DNA from: a bacterium
Lineage (GTDB): Bacteria > JADJOY01
Length of the DNA stretch: 20,031 nucleotides
Reading direction: 5' to 3'
Assembly: GCA_046331705.1 (NCBI GenBank)
Contig: JAXLQJ010000033.1
Coordinates: 62,001-82,031 of the forward strand
Position numbers and translations under genes: made by a program. The first letter of the stretch is position 1. Each line of letters begins with the position of its first letter. Below, one piece after another: positions 1 through 9,000 of the stretch. Below the pieces are notes generated by a model. That model was not told where the DNA came from. It was given only the letters and a program-made list of their open reading frames with translations, and ran no database searches.

Positions 1-3000
1 GATCCCAACCCCGCCGCAATCCTCGCCCTCAAAGGTCCTCGACCCCGCGATGGGGAGCGGTCACTTCCTCGTTGAAGCCTGCCGCTTCCTCGGAGAGAAG
101 CTCTACGAAGCCTGCCGCCTCTTGCGACGAGAGAGCTCGGGAAGCCGAAGCGCGAGCCGAGACGGCCATCGACCCGGACCGCGAAACCGCCCGAACCGGC
201 CGGCCCGCAATGGCGTGCCCGCCTCCTCGGCCCCTCCCGGACCCCAACGACGAGCTCGCCTATCCTCCCGACCCACGCAATCGAAGACACCGCGAGAGGC
301 ACTTCCGGAGCGGAAGGCTCCCCGCCTCGCCGCCGGCTCGTCGCTGTGCACTGCCTGTACGGCGTCGACAAGAACCCACTCGCTGTCGAACTGGGCGAAG
401 CTCTCGCCAGCCTCGAATCCCACGCCGAGGGTCTACCCTCACGTTTCTCGATCATCGACTGGTGCTCGGCGACGCGTTGACCGGCCCGTTCTTCGAGCAC
501 CTACTGACATTCCCGGGAACCCAACAGCCGCTCGACGACCTGTTCACCAAGGGCCTGCGAGAGCAGCTCACCAAAGTGCTCGCCGCCGCCCTCGTCCACG
601 TCCGTGAGCTGGAAGCCACCGTCGGCGTCACCCTCGCCGACCTCCTCGCAAAACAGGCGGCGATGGCGAAGCTGAACGCGGCGCTCGCGCCCTTCCACAC
701 TCTCGCCGCTGTCTGGGCCGGCGGCGTGATGCTCGGTGGCCGCGCCTGCGACGACGTCGGCTACGGGGACCTCACACGCTCCATCGCGGACCACGGCGTT
801 GCAGACCCGGCGGCCCTCTCGCACCCCACCATGGGCCGGATGCTCGCAACCGGCATTGGCGCAACTGGAGGCGCCCAGGCAGGCCCAGACGCGCCCCGCG
901 CTCTCCCCTACGACCTCACCTTTCCCGAAGTCTTCTTCCCCACCGGCTCAGCCGTCGCCAAACGTGGATTCGACGTCGTGCTGGGCAACCCACCGTGGGA
1001 CGCGATTCAGTTCAAGTCCAAGGAATTCTTCGCCGCGTTCGACTTCGAAATCTTGAGCGCACCCACGAAGCGTGAACGTGAGCGAATGGAGGTAGAAGCC
1101 CTCCAGGCCCCAGCAGTGCGAGCCCTGCTCGAGCACTACAAGGAGGACTTCGAGCAGCAGAAGCGGGCCAACGACGTCCTCTACCGCTACCAGAAGGTCC
1201 AGATCGAAGGCGACCTCGCTGGGCGGCAGCTTGATGCGTTCCGGGTGTTCATGGAACGGAATGCGCAGCTTCTCGCACCGACCGGGTGCTTGACCGGTGT
1301 CGTTGTCCTATCCGCCTTCCACGCCAACGAGGGTGCAACTGGCGTTCGGCGGCTGTATCTCGAAGAAATGGGCCTACGCTGCTGCTACTCGTTTGAGAAC
1401 CGGCGGAAACTCTTCGAGATCGACTCGCGGTTCAAGTTTGCGATCATCCTTGCATCGCGAACGGGACCGACCCTCGAGTTCCCATGCGCATTCTACCTTC
1501 ATGACGACGAGTGGCTCTTCCAACCGAGGGCAGCGATCCGATACAGCTTGGCGTTCGTACGTCGCACTGGCGGACCTCACTTGAGCATCATTGAACTTCG
1601 CTGCCGAATGGATCAGATGATTGCGAATCAAATGCATCAATGCGCACAATCGTTTGTCGGCGTTACGAGCCGGCTGGGTGTGCGGCTTCAAAAGAGTCCT
1701 GCCGCTCTGGACATATCCAAGTACAGCCGACGCTTTGAAGAGGCTCCACGGCATACTCATAAGCATGAGCATCCCGTCCGTGGATCTGCCCTCCTGGAAG
1801 ATTGGTGGTACACGAAGGCAAGACATTTCGCGATTTCGGACGACAGATGGGGATCACATCCTCGCTATTTGCTTCCATTAGCAAAGGCGAACGACTTGCC
1901 GCTTCACGTGGAGCGAGCATGTGACTATCAAATTGCAATTAAAGAAAAATTTCTGCTCAACAAATGAGCGCACAATCATCGCATCCCTTATGCCTCCTGG
2001 CGTCGTATTCGTAGATAGCTGCCTGGTGGATGCCAACGTAAGGGCGTCTACCCGCGCTTGTCGACTATTTCTTTTGTCAATCCTTAATACCTTTGCATTT
2101 GACTGGATTGCACGACAATACATCGCGTCAAACGTCAACCTCTTCATACTTGAATGCTTGCCGACCCCAGCGGTTGAGTCTCAAATCGCCTTCTTGTCTC
2201 GGGCAGCCCTACGACTGTCCTGCAACCACGCGAGCTATGCGCCGCTCTGGCACGAGCAGGTCGGTGACGCTTGGCATGAACCCACGCCGCCACTTTCGTG
2301 GCCGGTGCTCCCCAGCAACGACGACCGCTGTCACGTCCGTGCCGCCATCGACGCCGAGGTGGCGAACGCTTACGGCTCTCCCGCGAGCAGTACGCCCACG
2401 TGCTCTCGACGTTCACCCACAAGAGCTATCCGAAGGCGCCCGCCCTGTGCCTCGCCAAGTTCGACGAGTTGAAGTCGACCGGGTTGGAGGCCTTCACCCG
2501 TAAGTACGACCCCTACTGGGATATCCCCCTCAACGAGAACCTCCCCCAACCCGTCATCGATCTGCCGGTTCCCGCCGACGCCGACGCGTCATCGCCCGGC
2601 GCCACGCACCCCACCCTCGACCTCGTGGGTGGTTCTTCGTCGCCGCGACGCAAGCAGCGACGAGATGCTGCCGCCGGCGAAGGCGGGTCTGCCGCACCTC
2701 GCCAACCAGCCGGGCAAGACGCACACGGCGAGGTCAGTGGCTCGACGAATGGCGCGCTTCCGCTGGCAGCCGAAACCACACCGCATTCCGCTGAACGTCT
2801 ATCCACACCCGACCTGTGGAATTCGCCGAGTGCCGGTGACATTTCTCGTCACTCTTCCGCGGAAAACACCGGCGGGGGACGAGCCCCTGCCCTACGGCAA
2901 CGCACGCGCCGGATGAACGCCGCGAACGGTGTCGATCCAGAGGCCTTCGATCGGGTGAAGGCGCTCCTCGCCGAGCGCCAAGTCATTACCAGCGCCGACG

Positions 3001-3131
3001 TCCAGTACCTCCTCGCCACCAACGCCTCCGGCGCTCGCCCCTACCTCCACGCCCTCATAACCCAAGGCCTGGCCGTTACCGAAGGCCAACGCAGGGGATT
3101 GCGATATCGCGCTACTGGGGTAGCGTCGTGA
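1..3131 (+). CDS. Large N6-adenine DNA methyltransferase with target-recognition region (Type IIG/Eco57I/DrmMI-like); 5'-partial, interrupted by several apparent frameshifts
   Basis: Motif [13 protein letters not shown] at 35-70 (frame 2). [13 protein letters not shown] at ~355-393 (frame 1). Catalytic motif [13 protein letters not shown], with NPPW at 987-998 (frame 3), followed by [19 protein letters not shown]-flank motifs LVVHEGKTF (1802, frame 2) and [13 protein letters not shown]...[11 protein letters not shown] (frame 1). C-terminal [13 protein letters not shown]...[15 protein letters not shown] in frame 3, open to TGA 3131. Motifs are in the expected order but in shifting frames. Confidence 0.85.
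2913..3131 (+). CDS. Winged-helix (wHTH) domain: either the C-terminal tail of the methyltransferase or a separate 72-aa gene from ATG 2913
   Basis: [54 protein letters not shown] has a wHTH pattern ending in a G-x-x-R-G-x-x-Y wing. It is in frame with the MTase C-terminus after a low-complexity linker. Its stop overlaps the next GTG start (GTGA, 3128-3131). No clear RBS before 2913. Confidence 0.45.
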   Translation: MNAANGVDPEAFDRVKALLAERQVITSADVQYLLATNASGARPYLHALITQGLAVTEGQRRGLRYRATGVAS

Positions 3132-4171
3132 ACTCGACTGTTAGCGGGAGGGCGCGCGGACACGCGGGCTTGGGCGCAGACCTGGATGTCGATGTGTGCC
3201 CGACGCCACGTTACGTCTTGTTCGATACGAACATCTTCCTCGACGTTGCCAATGGAAGAATCGGCCCGAACGAGTGCCGTCAGGCAGAACAAGCCCTGCG
3301 TCCTGATGGCTTGGGACGGGTGAGCACGCTCTCCGTAATCGAACTAGGTTGCGGGCTCAACGATCAGCAGAAGTGGCATCGCTACGCGCTGGCCTTTCAA
3401 GCCGTTGTCGCACTGTGCTCTCGTGCGCTGCCCGATCCCAGCTTCTTCTTCCGCCGCGAGATCTTGAAACTCGAAACGTGCACTCCGGCTTTCGAGTCGG
3501 ACGGCGCTTGGCGTCTCTGTGAGCATGTGGCCGCGGTGGATTCGCACGCGTCACTATGCGAATGGGTTCGACGAAAGGATCAACAGGGTCGCGACCTCAT
3601 CGAGCGAGCCGCACTCGTGGCTCTGCCCGACGTCCGAGCGAGCTACGAGTCCAGCTACATCGCGCGAGTTGGCCGGCTGCGAGAGCTCTTGCTCAATCGA
3701 ACCGGAACTATCTCGGCGCCGTCCGGAAAGCCGGTAGCCCGACCCGGACCTACCAGAGAGCGCTGGCTTCAGGAACTGGATTCCAACGACTTCGGTTTCG
3801 TGTTTCTCGCGCTCGAGGCGCATGCGATCGGTGTACCACTCATCGGACAACGGGTTGACCGCGACGCTGATGCCGTCGCTCTAATCACGCCATTTCTCGA
3901 TGCGCTGCGAAGCCTGCTTCGTGCTGCCGTCGTATCTGACTACAACATCGAAAAGCATAAAAACGATTTTGTCGACATTCTGTTATTGCTCCACCTCGCG
4001 GACGAGCGCGTGCTGTTCGTCACCAACGATCGGCGATTGCGCGAGCGAATCCCGTCCGACGCCACGTACGGGCATCGAATCGTTGACTTCAAGGGATGGC
4101 TTGCGCAAACGAGCAGGCAGACCGACCAAACGCCTGGCAGCCGCCGAATCCGCAACAATGAACGTCACTGA
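3128..4171 (+). CDS. Large PIN-domain protein (putative RNase), 347 aa
   Basis: PIN catalytic pattern: N-terminal [10 protein letters not shown], then STLSVIEL, and C-terminal NDFVDILLL...[10 protein letters not shown]. The start overlaps the upstream stop (GTGA) and the stop overlaps the next gene's ATG at 4158. Confidence 0.75.
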   Translation: MNSTVSGRARGHAGLGADLDVDVCPTPRYVLFDTNIFLDVANGRIGPNECRQAEQALRPDGLGRVSTLSVIELGCGLNDQQKWHRYALAFQAVVALCSRALPDPSFFFRREILKLETCTPAFESDGAWRLCEHVAAVDSHASLCEWVRRKDQQGRDLIERAALVALPDVRASYESSYIARVGRLRELLLNRTGTISAPSGKPVARPGPTRERWLQELDSNDFGFVFLALEAHAIGVPLIGQRVDRDADAVALITPFLDALRSLLRAAVVSDYNIEKHKNDFVDILLLLHLADERVLFVTNDRRLRERIPSDATYGHRIVDFKGWLAQTSRQTDQTPGSRRIRNNERH

Positions 4172-5882
4172 AGCCGTCCTCCGCCGGTGGCTCACCGATC
4201 CCGAGGGGGAGCGGCTCGAGCTCAAGTCGACGCTGCTGTCGCGGAAGGAGATCGCCGAGTACGCGGTGGCGATCGGAAACGAGGGGGGCGGTTGGCTGGT
4301 GATGGGAGTCACCAACCGACCACCGCGCCGAGTGGTGGGCGTGGATCCACCGAGCGCCGCGCAGTCGCAGACCATCCAGAACAGCGTGCTCGACGCGACT
4401 GGCATCCGGGTCGAGATCGGGCAGATCGCGACTGAAGAAGGAACGGTGGTCGCCATCCGCATTCCCGGTCGACCGCGGGGCCAAGTCTTCTCGACCCGAT
4501 CCGGGAAGTACCTGATGCGGGCTGGTGAGACGCTTCGCGGAATGACGCTGGCCGAAATCGACCGGCTTCGTGCGGGCGAGCTGGCGCGCCCGGATTTCAC
4601 GGCTGAGTCGCTGGATCTCGACTGGCGCGAGGCGCTCGATCCGGTCGAGCTCAGCAGGCTGAGGCAGTTCCTGCGCGACCAGGCGGACCGCGGATCCGGT
4701 CGTCGCGAGCTTGCCGGGTTGAAAGACCCCGAGCTCCTCCGCGCGCTCGAGCTGGTGGTGACATCGGGCCGACGTACACGGCTGGTCCGCGCCGCAGTGC
4801 TGATCGTCGGCACGAGGGCGGCCATTCGGGAGGCGATACCGAACCACGAGGTCAAGATCCTCCGCTTCGGACGTGACGATCTCACTCCGGATCTCACCGA
4901 GGACACGCGCGCGCCTCTCCTTGCCGTGGCGCAGCGAGCCGAGGAGATCGTCGAAGCCGTGAACACCGTCGAGTCGTACCAGGCGGGACTCTTCCGCGTG
5001 GACATCCCCAAATTCCCGCCAGCCGCGTATCGCGAGGCCATCGCGAACGCGCTGATTCACCGCGACTACCAGCAGTCGGGGAACGTGGCGGTGCGGGTGT
5101 ATCGAGACCGTCTCGAGGTCGGTAGCCCCGGGGGATGGTTCGGCACCATCAACGAGAGCAACATCCTCGTCACCGAATCGCAGCGTCGCAACGAGCGCCT
5201 GGCCGAGGCACTGCAGAAGATCGGGCTCGCCGAGCGCGCCGCCCTGGGCGTGCGGCGCATGTTCACCGCGATGCTGCGCGCGGGGAAGCTGCCACCCAGC
5301 TACAGGTCCACTGCACGGACGGTGACGGTCACACTCGTAGATGGATCGTTCGATCGCGAGTTCGTCGCGCTCGCCCGGCGGCTAGGTGAACGGGGCGAGG
5401 ACTTGTCGGTCTTCGATCTCCTCCTTCTGTCACACGTGAGGCGACACCGCGAGATCACGGTGAAGGACGCGGCGGTGCTCTGCCAGCGATCGGATACCGA
5501 GGCGCGGCGCCTTCTCGACGACCTCCGAAACCAGGAGCTACTCGAACGGGTCGGCGAAGGGCGAGGCCGCAAGTACGTCCTTGGACCAGTGGCCTACGAG
5601 GACCTGGGGCTCACCGGTCAACGACCGCGCGACCTCGGTCTGTCTGAGAAGACCTTCGAGGGTCTGCTCATCGACGAGTTGGAACGTAAGGGCACGAAGG
5701 GCCTCACGGCCCGAGAGATCCGCGAGTGGTCGCGACACGGGAAGGCGCAGACCACTCGCTTGCTCCAGTCGCTCCAGCGCCGGGGCGTGATCGCCGCCTC
5801 CGGGAAACGAGGCCTGGGAAGCCGATATTGGCTCATCAAGCATGCACCGGCCGGCGTGCCGATTCGACAGAATCATGCGTGA
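4158..5882 (+). CDS. AlbA_2 (Schlafen-like) + HATPase_c_4 ('RecG C-terminal-like') + tandem wHTH protein, 574 aa
   Basis: N-terminal EGERLELKS...EYAVAIGNEGGGWLVMGV (AlbA_2). YREAIANALIHRDY...YRDRLEVGSPGG...RRNERLAEALQKIGLAERAALGV (HATPase_c_4). Two C-terminal wHTH repeats ending GEGRGRKY and GKRGLGSRY. ATG 4158 is preferred over the ORF-track start 3900, which lies inside the PIN gene. Confidence 0.9.
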   Translation: MNVTEAVLRRWLTDPEGERLELKSTLLSRKEIAEYAVAIGNEGGGWLVMGVTNRPPRRVVGVDPPSAAQSQTIQNSVLDATGIRVEIGQIATEEGTVVAIRIPGRPRGQVFSTRSGKYLMRAGETLRGMTLAEIDRLRAGELARPDFTAESLDLDWREALDPVELSRLRQFLRDQADRGSGRRELAGLKDPELLRALELVVTSGRRTRLVRAAVLIVGTRAAIREAIPNHEVKILRFGRDDLTPDLTEDTRAPLLAVAQRAEEIVEAVNTVESYQAGLFRVDIPKFPPAAYREAIANALIHRDYQQSGNVAVRVYRDRLEVGSPGGWFGTINESNILVTESQRRNERLAEALQKIGLAERAALGVRRMFTAMLRAGKLPPSYRSTARTVTVTLVDGSFDREFVALARRLGERGEDLSVFDLLLLSHVRRHREITVKDAAVLCQRSDTEARRLLDDLRNQELLERVGEGRGRKYVLGPVAYEDLGLTGQRPRDLGLSEKTFEGLLIDELERKGTKGLTAREIREWSRHGKAQTTRLLQSLQRRGVIAASGKRGLGSRYWLIKHAPAGVPIRQNHA

Positions 5883-6063
5883 GGTCGGTAACTTGGAAGA
5901 CTACGGGCAGGTCGCATTGGCTCATTCGTGGCGCTGCATTGGCTCATGATTGGCTCATTCCGGAACGGGCGTCCCGAGCAGCGCTACGGATCCAGCACAA
6001 TCGCAATCCGAAGAAGCCTCGTGATTCCAGGGCCTTCTCTCGCATTGCGCCACTCATTGCGCC
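5827..6063 (+). repeat. Direct-repeat cluster: ATTGGCTCAT x4 and CATTGCGCC x2
   Basis: ATTGGCTCAT at 5827-5836, 5916-5925, 5938-5947 and 5949-5958. CATTGCGCC at 6043-6051 and 6055-6063. Confidence 0.85.
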
Positions 6064-6090
6064 TCCTTTGACCGATAGCAGGTGCCGAGC

Positions 6091-9000
6091 GTGACGCTGA
6101 ATCCCATCCGCATCGTCGATCGGGTAATCGACGAGTACCGGGATTACGTCCGGACCGAGTTCCGAGCCAAGGATCCCGGGCTCCGAGAGGCACTCGAAAG
6201 AGAACTCGGTCGGCCGCTCTTCCTGGCGCAGGAGCCCTTCTATCAGGCCCATCGCCCGTTCAAGAGCGGGAAGCGCTGGAAGGACCTAGCACTGGATCCC
6301 AAGCTCGCGCGGGTGATGGAGCGGCGGTCGGGCTCGGAGTGCGCGTACATCCATCAGTCGGATGCGATCGACCGACTGCTCGGCTCAGGCGCGGGTCCAC
6401 TGGTCGTCACCACGGGCACCGGGAGCGGCAAGACAGAGTGTTTCTTGCTGCCGGTGATCCAGAACGCGCTGGAGGATGCGGCTCGGTTCAGGAAGGCGGG
6501 GCTCACGGCGATCCTCGTGTACCCGATGAACGCGCTCGCCAACGACCAGCAGGCGCGGATCGAGGAGTACCTGCGGGACGCTGGCATGAGCGGCGCCGTC
6601 GAGGTGGCGCGCTACGACCGCGGCACCACACAGGCCCAGCGTCAGGCGCTGAGACGCAACCCGCCCCACATCCTGCTCACCAACTACATGATGCTCGAGT
6701 ACCTGTTGGTGCGCCCCGCGGACCGCGACGACATATTCGCCAATCACCGGTGCCGCTTCCTGGTCCTCGATGAGGTTCACACCTATCGCGGGACGCTGGG
6801 CGCCAACATCGCCCTCCTGATCCGACGCCTGCGGGCGCACCTACGGCGGGCACGCCAGGACTGGGGCGCGGATGCCGCGGGTCCCGAGAAGGGTCGGCGG
6901 TTTCCCACGCTGCTCACGATAGGAACGTCGGCCACGATCAAGAGTGTCGCCGGTGACGAGGTTCCGCCCGAGGAGCGGACCCGACTGCGTGACGAGGCGG
7001 TACAGGGGTTCTTCGGCAAGATCGCCGGCGAGGATCCCGGCTCGATCCGTGTTCTCGGCGAGCAGATCGAGGAGATCCGGGAGCCGGCCGATGCCGCCAT
7101 GGCATCCGGCGTCAGCAACTTCCCGCAACTCAACATCGCGGACCTCGGATCACTTCAGTCGGGGCTCGCGGCGCTCGCGGGCGTTCCGACGAGCACGCCC
7201 CTGGCCGAGGCGGCGAGTCGGGCACGGATCCTTTGGCTGCTCAACCGCTGGCTGGTGCGAGCACCCATGTCGGTTTCGCAGATGGTCGACCGCCTTCGGA
7301 CCGAGGTGCCTGAGCGCCGCGAGACCGATACCGACGCGCTTCGCAGCGAGGTCGAGGCGGCGCTGTTGATCGGGTCGGCGTTACCCGAGGGGACCCCCGG
7401 TGCGCTTCGGCTCCGCGCCCATCGCCTTCTCCGCGGCGGGTGGGCCTTCCATCGGTGCGTGGATCCGGATTGTGGCCGCGTCTACCCGATGGGTGAAAGC
7501 AAGTGCGACTGCGGACGATCAACCGCTCCGCTCATGCTGTGCCGCAACTGCGGCGCGGACTACCTGCGTCTCGCTGGCGAGCCAGCCAGCGCTCCGCTCC
7601 GCCCCTGGGCGGCCGGCACCGAGGCGCAGGAGTGGCTTCTCTACGAGCCGACTCGGTTCACAACACCGATCATCGAGCCAGACGACGAGGAAACGGAAGA
7701 GGACGACGAGCCGCCCACGCGGCGAACCCGTGCCGCACCCACCGTGACGGTTCCTGCCGCGCTGGCCGGTTCATTCGACCCGTCATCGCTGGCGTTCAGC
7801 GTCGACCCAACCGATTACCGAACGCCGGTCACCCTTTCGCCGACTCGAACCAAGTGCCTCTGCTGCGGAGGCACCGCGGGCAACCGGCCAGTCATCACCC
7901 CGGTCTCGCTCGGAACCTCAGCTGCAGTGAAGGTGATCGGCGAAGGGCTCATCGAAGCTCTCGCGGACGCCAACCGCGACCGCCCCGGACATGACGGGAA
8001 GGAGCGATTGCTGGTCTTCGCCGACAGTCGGCAGGACGCCTCCCACCAAGCGCGGTTCATTCTGTCTGCCAGCCGGTATGACCGGATGCGCCGAAGGGTG
8101 GTCCAGATCCTCGGCGAGTCGGGCCCCATCGGAATTCAGCGGCTCGTCGAGCTCTTGGGCGATCGAGCCGTCGCGATGCACGACAACCCGCACGTACCGT
8201 CGGGCTCTCGCCGGCTCATGCCCGAGGAGACCGCTCGCATCCGCGCCTGGGAAGAAGCGCCTCTCCTCGACGATATCGCGGTCACATCGGGTTACCGCGG
8301 GACCTTGCTCAACCTCGGGCTCGTCGGCGTTCGCTATCAGGCGCTCGAAGCGGAGGTCGGTGTACGTGGGAAAGCGCTGGCGGGTGCCCTCGGGCTGAGC
8401 ACCACCGATCTCGCCTACGTTGCGCGATGCCTCCTCGACGAGATGCGACGGCGGATTGCGCTTGGCCGCGACATGCTTCGCTACAACCCGGCTCACGCCT
8501 CCTGCCCGTCCTACGTCGACAGCGCGCAGTGGGAGCGCAGAATCCGACGACCTGCCGGCTACGCCCTGTCGCGTGAAGGGACGATCGTGACGTGGCTCGA
8601 TCCAGCGCGCGTGCCGGACGGCATCAAGGCCGAGAACGCTTGGCGACGCGATGGGAAGGGCGGACGCGACCCGAGCCTGGCCCGCATCCTCAAGCATCTC
8701 GTGCGTGCTCTCGGCGGTGGGGATGTCGATGCCGACGACATGGTCGCGTTGCTCGAGCTCCTGGCCGACGCTGGTGCGGTGGTTCCGTTCGACCTCTTCG
8801 GCTTCCGCGAGCGCTACGCGCTTCTGCAGGTGAATCCTGCGGCGGTGGTCCTAGAGCTCACCGCCGAAGAGACTCGCCTTCGATGCGAGGTCTGCGGCGC
8901 CGCGAGCCCATTCGCGCCGCTTAACGCACCGTGTCCACGATGCCACGGCCGTCTCATCCGCTGGCCCGATGCCGCCCTCGCAACCAATCGATCCGTGCGC

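Noticed and set aside
1900-2400. Programmed frameshifting or phase variation in the methylase
   Set aside because: Breaks are numerous and scattered over short runs rather than at one long tract or slippery site. Sequencing error is the simpler explanation.
2799-2823. DnaA-box-like sequences (CTATCCACA and inverted TGTGGAATT) as a replication origin
   Set aside because: Only two imperfect boxes, no AT-rich unwinding element and no replication genes nearby. Kept only as an inverted repeat.
3983-5060. Antisense ORFs of 352 and 323 aa
   Set aside because: They lie opposite the motif-rich AlbA_2 gene and have no recognisable features.
5827-6063. Repeat cluster as a CRISPR array
   Set aside because: Repeats are only 9-10 bp, spacing is irregular and short, and no cas genes are present.
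5726-6252. Small ORFs across the AlbA_2-helicase intergenic region (5726-6094 +, 5944-6252 -)
   Set aside because: They overlap flanking genes, have no motifs or clear RBS, and their repetitive peptides simply reflect the DNA repeats.
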